From a virus (taxonomy: Duplodnaviria > Caudoviricetes): DNA of 25,206 nucleotides. The position numbers and the translations under genes were made by a program. Shown in pieces: positions 16,680 to 24,439 of the stretch (the first letter of the stretch is position 1; the number at the start of each line of letters is the position of its first letter). The notes beneath the pieces were generated by a model. The model did no database searches. It saw only the letters and a list, made by a program, of their open reading frames with translations, and had not been told where the DNA came from. Location: positions 1 to 25,206 of IMG/VR virus record IMGVR_UViG_3300037483_000030. One strand, written 5' to 3'.

Positions 16680-16710
16680 CGGTCCAGATATTTTTTCAGG
16701 AGGAACCGAA

Positions 16711-17031
16711 ATGAGCAAGGAAAGTAAAACCAAGAAAAAACTTATGAAGAATGGTGTTCGACCGCCAATGAATACGGTCCGAGAACCCATGCCGAAGAAA
16801 CCCACCCGTACACGACATCTCTCACCACCGGAATACGTCATCGACTACCTCGGCGGCCCCCGCGCCACGGGGCGCTTCGTTGGCCGATGCCATTCGTCCG
16901 TCATCAAATGGCGGAAGATGGGTGTCATACCGCCCGATTCGCAGATACTGATTTTGACCGAGGCCACGGAACAGGGATGGGACATCACCGCCTCCGATTT
17001 GATCCTTGGCCGCGACGTGCCGGTGGAGTGA
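16711..17031 (+). CDS. Cro/YdaS-like HTH regulator with a basic N-terminal extension
   Basis: Start moved to ATG 16711. VIDYLGGPRATGRFVG..HSSVIKWRK.G.IP...IL......ITASDL; first gene after the promoter. Confidence 0.75.
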   Translation: MSKESKTKKKLMKNGVRPPMNTVREPMPKKPTRTRHLSPPEYVIDYLGGPRATGRFVGRCHSSVIKWRKMGVIPPDSQILILTEATEQGWDITASDLILGRDVPVE

Positions 17032-17035
17032 CGCC

Positions 17036-17539
17036 ATGAAACTCCCCTCACGTATAACCGCATTTCTGCGGGATCGCCTGCTGCGTGTCGCCGACCGCCG
17101 TCCGCCGGACTGGATCATCGGGGCCGAGACTCCGGTGCCTTATATGCGGCGCTGGTGGATTATTCCTCGGAATAGATTCCTCAACATTTATATCCATCAC
17201 TTCCAGCGCAGCGATGATACATTGGAACTGCACGACCATCCTTGGGCGAATATGTCCGTGGTGCTGAAAGGTGGGTATGTTGAGGTTATGCCGATGCGCG
17301 GAACAGACCCGAAGGATCGTGACTGGCACTACCGTATCAGCCGCACCGCTGGCGATGTGGTCGTTCGGTGGGCGTCTGCTCCACATCGGGTAGAGGCTCT
17401 GAGGTGGAGCCACCCTGGATACGGCTCAGGCGCATGGACCCTATTCATCACCGGTCCTCACGTCCGCGAGTGGGGCTTCTGGACCAAGACAGGATGGAAG
17501 CACTGGCGCGATTTTGTCGGGGGCTGCTGCGAAGAATGA
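17036..17539 (+). CDS. Cupin-like metal-binding phage protein
   Basis: Start moved to ATG 17036 (GGAG SD). LHDHPW..SVVLKGGY.E...HRVE...WTLFITGP..REWGF. Confidence 0.7.
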   Translation: MKLPSRITAFLRDRLLRVADRRPPDWIIGAETPVPYMRRWWIIPRNRFLNIYIHHFQRSDDTLELHDHPWANMSVVLKGGYVEVMPMRGTDPKDRDWHYRISRTAGDVVVRWASAPHRVEALRWSHPGYGSGAWTLFITGPHVREWGFWTKTGWKHWRDFVGGCCEE

Positions 17540-20022
17540 CTGTGAATCTGCACCCATTTCAGGCCGACATCATAAACGAGGTCAGGGCAGGTATGCGAAG
17601 CGGCATCCGTGCCCAGTGCGTAGTCGCTCCGACAGGGGCGGGAAAGTGCCTTGGAAAAGGAACTCCCGTCATGATGTACGATGGGCAAATCGTGCCCGCG
17701 GAAGAAATCAGGAACGGCGACTTGGTGATGGGGCCAGATAGCGCACCAAGAACTGTGAAGGGAGTCACCAAAGGGGTTGGTCCGCTTTTCAAGATTACCC
17801 CTGTCAAAGGCGATTCCTATATCGTCAACGATGCCCATATTCTCAGCTTAAAACGTACTGCTGAGAAGGCCGGAGACACGCGCAAAGGAACTATTGTTAA
17901 TATTTGTGTTCGTGATTTTTATGAAACTAACACTTGGTTTCGCCACGTTCACAAAGGATGGCGGGCTCCGATTAATTTTCAAGGCGAATGCGATCTTCCT
18001 ATAGACCCATATTTTCTTGGCCTTTGGCTTGGTGATGGAACGTCTAGGACATCAGGAATAACCACTGGCGATAAAGAGATTGTGCAATGGATATGCGGAC
18101 ATGCAGAGCGTATCGGTATGCGGATTAGTTTTCATGAACAGCGCGGCAATTGCATCGAAGTTAATACGGTTAGTCACATGGATAAACCACGTTCTTCATC
18201 TTTGCAGGCGTTGATGCGGTCACACAATCTGTTGGGAAATAAACACATACCGCATATTTATAAAACCGCATCACGCGAGAATCGGCAAATTCTACTGGCT
18301 GGAATGTTGGATTCCGATGGATACCTGTCTAAGGGTGGCTTTGAGGTCGTATTTAAGGTAGAGAAACTATTTGATGATCTCTTGTTTCTTGCCCGATCAC
18401 TTGGGTTCGCTGCATATAAAAAAGAAACGCAAAAAACATGCACCAATACCAATGCAACTGGAACCTATTATCGGTGCTATATCACCGGAGATTTTTCAGA
18501 GATTCCGTTTTTGCGTAAGCGCCATTTAAATATTCCACTGCGCGCACAAAAAAAAGACCATCTGGTAACTGGGTTAAAGGCTGAACCAGCCGGATTGGGA
18601 GAGTATTTTGGGTTTGAGTTAGAGGGTCCGGATCGTTTATTTCTTCTCGGTGATTTTACGGTAACTCACAATACCGTGATGACTGCCAACATGCTCGGCA
18701 CCGCCGCAGAACGCGGGACTCCATCGCTCTTTTGCGTACATAGACGTGAGTTGCTTTCGCAGAGCACCAACACATTTAATTTCGGCGGCATCCCCCACGG
18801 CATCATCGCGCCGGGGTTCGCGCCCGACTCCATCCATCCGATTCAAATCGGTTCGATACAGACCCTATCGCGGCGACGGGACAGGCTGCGGAGGCCGAAG
18901 CTGATCGTTATTGATGAAGCGCACCACTTGGCGGCGAAGACATGGGAAGCCCTGATTGAGGCGTTCCCCGACGCATGGCTGATCGGGCTGACGGCGACAC
19001 CGGAGCGGACGGATGGCAAGGGACTCGGTAAATATTTTCAACGCATCATCCAAGGCCCATCGGTGCGGTGGCTGATCGACAATAATTATTTGTCCCCATA
19101 CACCCTGTACGCGCCGGGCGCACCTGATCTTAGGAAGGCCCACACCCGCATGGGCGATTATGTGCAGGCCGAACTCGCCGCTGAAATGGACAAGCCCACT
19201 GTGACCGGAGACATGATCCGGCATTATCAGAAACATGCCGCTGGAAAACGCGCCATATTACGTGCCGTTTCGGTTGAACACTCCAAACATATCGCGGCTC
19301 AGTTCTGCGCCGCCGGGATCGTTGCGGTTCATGTTGACGGCGACACGCCGACGAATGAACGCGAATCGGCGATGGAGAATTTTAGAGCCGGGCACATAAA
19401 GGTCTTGACAAACGTGGATTTGTTCAGCGAAGGAGTCGATGTGCCAACGGTGGAGTGCGTCATCGACGGCAGGCCGACGCAATCGCTGACGCTGTGGCTG
19501 CAATTCTGTGGGCGGGCGCTGCGATATATTCCGGGTAAAACTGCAATCATCTTGGATCACGCCGGAAACGTGCAACGCCACGGCTTGCCCGACGAGGAAC
19601 GGGTATGGTCACTCGAAGGTCGTGAAGGTCGCCAGAAAAAATCCGCAGCGTCGGAGGTTAAAATTAAACTCTGTCCGGGCTGCTACGCGGCGCAACCACC
19701 GGGCGGTACGGTGTGCCGGTTCTGTGGCACCCCGTTTGTCGTCGAAGGCCGCGCCGTGGATTACGTCGAAGGCGAGTTGCAGCAGATTGATCCAGCCGTA
19801 TTTAAGCGCCAACACGTCGATGCGTTTAAGGCCAGCCTTGGTGCCGGGATGCAGCCCGTCGAGGCTGCCTACGACTTGGCGAATCGGCTGGGCGGAAACG
19901 TCCAAGAACTTGAATACCTGTTGAGGATGGCGAAGAAGACGAACAAGAAACCGTCTTGGGCGGCGCACGTCTTTGTCGCCAAGATGCAGAAGCGAAACGC
20001 GAAGAAGGAAGGGAGAGTGTGA
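17536..20022 (+). CDS. SF2 DEAH helicase with C-terminal Zn ribbon, interrupted by an intein
   Basis: Start moved to ATG 17536 (ATGA overlap). Q motif LHPFQ, APTGAGK/T split by the intein, DEAHH, GLTATPER, LFSEGVDVP, QFCGRALR, CPGC/CRFC. 828 aa precursor, 486 aa after splicing. Confidence 0.93.
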   Translation: MTVNLHPFQADIINEVRAGMRSGIRAQCVVAPTGAGKCLGKGTPVMMYDGQIVPAEEIRNGDLVMGPDSAPRTVKGVTKGVGPLFKITPVKGDSYIVNDAHILSLKRTAEKAGDTRKGTIVNICVRDFYETNTWFRHVHKGWRAPINFQGECDLPIDPYFLGLWLGDGTSRTSGITTGDKEIVQWICGHAERIGMRISFHEQRGNCIEVNTVSHMDKPRSSSLQALMRSHNLLGNKHIPHIYKTASRENRQILLAGMLDSDGYLSKGGFEVVFKVEKLFDDLLFLARSLGFAAYKKETQKTCTNTNATGTYYRCYITGDFSEIPFLRKRHLNIPLRAQKKDHLVTGLKAEPAGLGEYFGFELEGPDRLFLLGDFTVTHNTVMTANMLGTAAERGTPSLFCVHRRELLSQSTNTFNFGGIPHGIIAPGFAPDSIHPIQIGSIQTLSRRRDRLRRPKLIVIDEAHHLAAKTWEALIEAFPDAWLIGLTATPERTDGKGLGKYFQRIIQGPSVRWLIDNNYLSPYTLYAPGAPDLRKAHTRMGDYVQAELAAEMDKPTVTGDMIRHYQKHAAGKRAILRAVSVEHSKHIAAQFCAAGIVAVHVDGDTPTNERESAMENFRAGHIKVLTNVDLFSEGVDVPTVECVIDGRPTQSLTLWLQFCGRALRYIPGKTAIILDHAGNVQRHGLPDEERVWSLEGREGRQKKSAASEVKIKLCPGCYAAQPPGGTVCRFCGTPFVVEGRAVDYVEGELQQIDPAVFKRQHVDAFKASLGAGMQPVEAAYDLANRLGGNVQELEYLLRMAKKTNKKPSWAAHVFVAKMQKRNAKKEGRV
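17647..18672 (+). mobile_element. Intein with LAGLIDADG homing endonuclease (342 aa)
   Basis: Begins CLGKGTPVMM; block B VNDAHILSL; blocks C/E PYFLGLWLGDG and LLAGMLDSDG; ends DFTVTHN with +1 Thr; visibly more AT-rich than the exteins. Confidence 0.95.
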
Positions 20023-20025
20023 GTT

Positions 20026-20544
20026 ATGGAGGATAATATTATTAAACCGATTGCACCGCTAGAACGTGTCGCCCTCGACTCCGCCCGCGACATCGCGCTA
20101 CGAAACTTCGTCCGTGAGAGCAACCGCATCGAGGGCATCCTGCGGGAACCGACGCCGCAGGAAATCGCGGCGCATGAACGGTTACTGTCTAGGTCGCAGA
20201 TCACGGTTCTGACGCTGACTGAATTTGTTGCCGTCGTCGCCCCCGGAAAACCGTTGCGTGATAAACTCGGAATGAATTGCCGAGTCGGGAAATATGCGCC
20301 GCCTCTGGGCGGTAACGAAGTCGTTCATCGTCTGCGAGAAATTCTCTGGAACGAAAACAACGCGACAAGAACACCGTGGGAAATTCATTGCCTCTATGAA
20401 ACGCTACACCCCTTCATGGATGGCAATGGCCGTTCCGGTCGTGCGCTGTGGCTCTGGATGATGGGTGGCCCTGAGAACGTGCCGTTGGGGTTCCTGCATA
20501 CGTTTTATTATCAGACGCTGGAAAACAGCGAGGGGAGGAAGTGA
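20026..20544 (+). CDS. Fic-domain protein (putative AMPylase)
   Basis: Canonical HPFMDGNGRSGR motif, plus N-terminal SNRIEG matching the (S/T)xxxE(G/N) inhibitory helix. Confidence 0.9.
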   Translation: MEDNIIKPIAPLERVALDSARDIALRNFVRESNRIEGILREPTPQEIAAHERLLSRSQITVLTLTEFVAVVAPGKPLRDKLGMNCRVGKYAPPLGGNEVVHRLREILWNENNATRTPWEIHCLYETLHPFMDGNGRSGRALWLWMMGGPENVPLGFLHTFYYQTLENSEGRK

Positions 20545-20930
20545 AAATGAGTGTCAACACGGTGTTGTTTGAAGGGAATATTAGTGATTTAGAAGGCAAA
20601 AGGGTAAAGCCAACGAGTGAAAAACAATTTCCACCGCACGGGTGCAAATGGGTAGAGGACAATAACGACCCGTCTTGCGAGTTTAAGCCTGACTGGTGTT
20701 CATATGCCCAAGCCCTGTCAGAACATTTAAAGACGCATAGTGCTCTTGTTTGCGCTTACAACAATCTGGTTGAAGAATTAGGCGTTTGGATCGGTGCCGC
20801 GACTTGCCCGAGTGAAAAAATGGAAAGTTGCGAACTCGGTGATGTTTGCGAATGCAGGGGCAAGGCAAGCCAGATTGCCGAATCGCTTTTATTAAATGCC
20901 ATCAAATCTGAGGTGAAAACCAATGAGTGA
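20541..20930 (+). CDS. Cys-rich hypothetical protein
   Basis: GAGG SD; overlaps the Fic stop; in-operon. Confidence 0.55.
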   Translation: MKMSVNTVLFEGNISDLEGKRVKPTSEKQFPPHGCKWVEDNNDPSCEFKPDWCSYAQALSEHLKTHSALVCAYNNLVEELGVWIGAATCPSEKMESCELGDVCECRGKASQIAESLLLNAIKSEVKTNE

Positions 20931-21003
20931 CATAGGCCATAATTCCGCCACCCATTGGCTCACGCTTACCCCACCGCCAGCCAAGCCGGAGACCGAGGAA
21001 TGA
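20923..21003 (+). CDS. 26-aa micro-ORF MSDIGHNSATHWLTLTPPPAKPETEE (not in the ORF track)
   Basis: GAGGTG SD; overlaps the upstream stop and has an ATGA overlap with the VRR-NUC start. Confidence 0.55.
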   Translation: MSDIGHNSATHWLTLTPPPAKPETEE

Positions 21004-21389
21004 AAGAATCCGACATCTCCCGCGCCATCCAGATCGAGGCGACGAAACAGGGCTACCGCCTGTTCCGCCAGAACGTGGGACTGGCCTGGGTTGGTGAAGT
21101 TATCAGGCGCACCAAAACACAAGTCACGCTCATCGATCCTAGACCATTGCGGGCTGGCCTATGCAGGGGTTCAAGCGATTTGATTGGATGGGTCACGGTG
21201 TCAATAGGAGGGCGCGATCTAGCCATCCTGTGTGCCGTTGAGGTCAAGACACCGCGCGGAAAGGTGAGCGACGTACAGCAGAATTTCATTGACCGCGTAA
21301 ACGCGGCTGGGGGTATCGCCATCATCGCCCGTTCTCCGGACGAGGCCATGGAGAAAATCGCTCTGGCAATCGCTGCACTAAATACGTGA
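21000..21389 (+). CDS. VRR-NUC (PD-(D/E)XK) nuclease, probable junction resolvase
   Basis: Start moved to ATG 21000. E..I...LFRQNVG...GSSDLIG...AVEVKT..G.VS..Q..FI..V..AGG.A.IARS. Confidence 0.88.
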   Translation: MKESDISRAIQIEATKQGYRLFRQNVGLAWVGEVIRRTKTQVTLIDPRPLRAGLCRGSSDLIGWVTVSIGGRDLAILCAVEVKTPRGKVSDVQQNFIDRVNAAGGIAIIARSPDEAMEKIALAIAALNT

Positions 21390-21402
21390 AAAGGAAAGTT
21401 AA

Positions 21403-21627
21403 ATGAAACATACAGATGAAGAAATTTCATTCGTCAAACTAGAGATGGCAGTTAAGGATGCATTTTACGCACACATTACAGAAGATTATTTTGAAGATGA
21501 TCTTGATCGTAAATTTCAAGAGCGCGGATTTACTATTTGTCTGGCTAACAAATTACGCCATCTAGGCGTTAGTATTGGAAAATTTGATGGAGGACCGCTT
21601 CTTAAAGAGAGGCCAGAGATCATTTAA
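21403..21627 (+). CDS. Hypothetical protein
   Basis: AAGGA SD; AT-rich ORF in the operon. Confidence 0.5.
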   Translation: MKHTDEEISFVKLEMAVKDAFYAHITEDYFEDDLDRKFQERGFTICLANKLRHLGVSIGKFDGGPLLKERPEII

Positions 21628-21705
21628 TACGCATTCTCGGTGGTGAAAATATTCTCAGTGCCATCGCCGCGATAACGGCGTAGGTTTGGAGTTTCGGGAG
21701 GGACC

Positions 21706-21771
21706 GTGGCAAAATTACTGAACTCATATTGGGCTGGCCTTACCGTCGCGCTACGGGTGCGGCATGGCTGA
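21706..21771 (+). CDS. Possible 21-aa leader ORF MAKLLNSYWAGLTVALRVRHG (not in the ORF track)
   Basis: GGGAGG SD, GTG start, and a stop inside the primase start region (ATGGCTGA). Confidence 0.35.
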   Translation: MAKLLNSYWAGLTVALRVRHG

Positions 21772-24031
21772 TAATCCAAAATACGATGATAAATTCATCG
21801 CCGACCTTAAAGCACGGGTTTCTCTGGCCGGGTTGATCGGTTCCCATGTCGTGCTGTCCAAGGACGGTGCCGACCTCAAGGGATTATGCCCGTTTCATAA
21901 GGAAAAAACTCCTAGTTTCACGGTCTATGACGACCATTACAACTGTTACGGCTGTGGGGCCAACGGCGATCACATCGAATGGCTGCAACAAGCCGAACGG
22001 CTGACATTCCCGCAAGCGGTGGAAAAACTCTCCGGTATGGCCGGGGTGTCTGCCCCATCTGGGACACCACCTCGCGCCCGCGCCCCGGAGCCGACCATCG
22101 GGAGACCGCCGGAGAATACGCCGCCACCTACCTGTATTCTGAACGGTGCCAAACCAACCATCCTTACCCCGTATCGTGACGCCCACGGGCTGGCGCTGTT
22201 CTACGTCGCCCGTCACGACACCGATAACGGTAAGATCATCCGTCCATGGTCATGGGATGCTGAAAAACGGGCATGGGCCAGCGCCGGATACCCGTATCCG
22301 CGCCCCGTGGTCGGACTGCCGCAGATCATGGCGGAGCCGGAGAAACCGATCTTGCTCGTCGAAGGTGAGAAAACCCGTGAAGCCGCGATGAAGATCGCTG
22401 GCCGCGTCTATCATGTGACAACGTGGTGCGGCGGTGCCCAAGCCATCAAGAAGACTGATTTCTCAACCCTGTTTAGACGCAAGATACTGATATGGCCGGA
22501 CGCCGACCGTCACCTGATTAAGACCGAAGCCGATGCCGAGAAACACGGCCTCAAGATCGGTGACATCCTACCCTACGATTACCAGCCCGGTCCGTCGGCG
22601 ATGCGCCAGATCGCGGCGATACTTGGGCCAAACTGTCCAGATATAAAAATGCTCGAAGTCGGAATCGATACCAGCCGCGCCGATGGATGGGACGCCGCAG
22701 ATGCACTGGCCGATGGCATGGACTGGACGAAATTCGTGGCCTGGGCCAAGCCCCTGGCAAAGCCGTGGAAGGGCGCGAAAGTCGTAAACCTTGGACAGGA
22801 GCGCGAGGAACGGAAGAACGCCGCTGGCGCTGCTGGGGATGCGCCGCGCTCTGAGCGTGCGGGTGGACGTGCCGTCACGCTCGAAGCGAAATGGGATGAA
22901 ACAGGACTTCAACTTAACACCACGGGAACCCCCGTAGCCAATATGGATAACGCGGTACGAGTCCTAGAACGATGGCCGGATTTCAAGGACGCCTTCTGGT
23001 ACGACGAATTTTCCAACCGTGTCTATACGACATGGGATTGCGAAGAAAAAGAATGGGACGACCACGACACCCTGAGACTGACGCTGTTCCTGCAACGCGA
23101 CTTCGGAATCCGCCTTCTCAAAGACACCGCCGCCAACGCCGCCATGATTTTGATGGCGAAGAAAAATACCATCAATGCCCCACGTCAATGGATGGAGTCC
23201 CTAACGTGGGATGGGCGTCCACGAATACTTTCATTTTTCACAAATGCCCTCGGGGCGGATGCGTCCGAATACACGGAAAGCGCATCCATGAATTTTTGGA
23301 TCAGCTTGGCAGCACGTATTTTTCAACCCGGCTGCAAGGCCGACAACATGGTTATTCTAGAAGGTATGCAGGGCATCCAGAAATCAAGCGCCCTGTTTGA
23401 AATCGGCGGCGACTGGTTTGCCGAATCCGGCACCTCGATCACGGACAAAGATTTCTTTCAGCAGCTTCCGGGCAAGATGCTCATCGAAATCGCCGAACTG
23501 GATTCGTTTTCCAAAGCAGATCACAAACGAATCAAGGGTGTCCTCTCCCGCCGCGTTGACCGATACCGTCCAAGTTATGGCCGACACTCTATGGATTTTC
23601 TGAGGCAGTGTATTTTTGTTGGCTCCACCAACGAACACAAATACCTCGAAGATGCCACCGGTGGGCGCAGGTTTTTTCCGATACGATGTGGAAAGATTGA
23701 TCTTGAAATGATTAAGAGGGATCGAGACCAGCTATTCGCCGAAGCCGTGGCGCGTTTTAAAAGTGGTGAAACATGGTGGGAAATGCCGGAGCAGGAAACG
23801 AAGGCAATCCAAGAATCCAGGCGCGAAAAAGACGAATGGGAATCCTTGATCTCAAACCATATGTCGTTGCAGACATCTTCGTTTATCACGATGTCTGATA
23901 TTGCCCGTGACGCCTTGGGGCTGAAACCGGAGCGTCTGGACAAGCCGACGCAGCGTCGGATCGCGCAGGCCATACGAGGTGCAGGATGGGCATCGGATAC
24001 CGAAGGCCGCTGGACGCGGGAACAGAAATAA
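21764..24031 (+). CDS. Primase-helicase: CHC2 zinc finger, TOPRIM-like domain and VirE/VapE ATPase
   Basis: CPFH.EKTPSF...CYGC; LLVEGEK, WPDAD, GWDAAD; PGCKAD..ILEG.QGIQKS, IEIAELD, YRPSYG, FVGSTN, TGGRRF. Confidence 0.9.
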   Translation: MADNPKYDDKFIADLKARVSLAGLIGSHVVLSKDGADLKGLCPFHKEKTPSFTVYDDHYNCYGCGANGDHIEWLQQAERLTFPQAVEKLSGMAGVSAPSGTPPRARAPEPTIGRPPENTPPPTCILNGAKPTILTPYRDAHGLALFYVARHDTDNGKIIRPWSWDAEKRAWASAGYPYPRPVVGLPQIMAEPEKPILLVEGEKTREAAMKIAGRVYHVTTWCGGAQAIKKTDFSTLFRRKILIWPDADRHLIKTEADAEKHGLKIGDILPYDYQPGPSAMRQIAAILGPNCPDIKMLEVGIDTSRADGWDAADALADGMDWTKFVAWAKPLAKPWKGAKVVNLGQEREERKNAAGAAGDAPRSERAGGRAVTLEAKWDETGLQLNTTGTPVANMDNAVRVLERWPDFKDAFWYDEFSNRVYTTWDCEEKEWDDHDTLRLTLFLQRDFGIRLLKDTAANAAMILMAKKNTINAPRQWMESLTWDGRPRILSFFTNALGADASEYTESASMNFWISLAARIFQPGCKADNMVILEGMQGIQKSSALFEIGGDWFAESGTSITDKDFFQQLPGKMLIEIAELDSFSKADHKRIKGVLSRRVDRYRPSYGRHSMDFLRQCIFVGSTNEHKYLEDATGGRRFFPIRCGKIDLEMIKRDRDQLFAEAVARFKSGETWWEMPEQETKAIQESRREKDEWESLISNHMSLQTSSFITMSDIARDALGLKPERLDKPTQRRIAQAIRGAGWASDTEGRWTREQK

Positions 24032-24063
24032 AAACGCAGCCCCATCGTTAAACGGGGCCGCGT
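24026..24063 (-). terminator. Intrinsic terminator at the convergence point
   Basis: Minus strand ACGCGGCCCC-10 nt-GGGGCTGCGT (one G:U pair) followed by TTTTATTT, shortly after the 24083 stop. Confidence 0.65.
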
Positions 24064-24082
24064 ATGTTGTGTGACGGTAATA

Positions 24083-24439
24083 TTAGTCTTCGACCCGACG
24101 CCAGCCCTGCGGGGTATATTCACGTTGTCGCCGGATTTCATAGTTACCGGGACCAAACATGATCGGCGCATGGGTGTCGTGAGGACGCAAATGGGTGATC
24201 GGCGTCGGTTCCTTCACCGCGATATACGACACCATGCCGCCACCGCCAGACTGCCCTTCGTTGGGCAAGAACCGCTTAACGCGCGCGGCGTTCATGACGT
24301 GGTGATGGCCGGTTTCGGAATGAGTGATGACGTGGTTTCCATCAGGTTCAGGCAGGGCTTCGGTGACACCATCAGGGATGGCGTCGATCTTGATAAACAT
24401 GACATCGCCTTGAGCTGCCATGCGGTTAAACTGTTTCAT
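24083..24439 (-). CDS. His-rich partner protein of the DUF6745-like gene
   Basis: QGDV...HSETGHHH...HLRPHDTH....G.YEIRRQREY....RRVED; GGAGG SD; ATGA coupling. Confidence 0.75.
   Translation of the reverse strand: MKQFNRMAAQGDVMFIKIDAIPDGVTEALPEPDGNHVITHSETGHHHVMNAARVKRFLPNEGQSGGGGMVSYIAVKEPTPITHLRPHDTHAPIMFGPGNYEIRRQREYTPQGWRRVED

Noticed and set aside
17368-17535. N-terminal extension of the helicase given in the ORF track
   Set aside because: It overlaps the cupin-like gene; ATG 17536 gives an ATGA coupling and begins right at the Q motif.
23359-23390. Inactive helicase because Walker A reads GMQGIQKS
   Set aside because: The Lys-Ser is retained along with Walker B and the downstream motifs; the residue before Lys varies in VirE/VapE proteins as I recall them.
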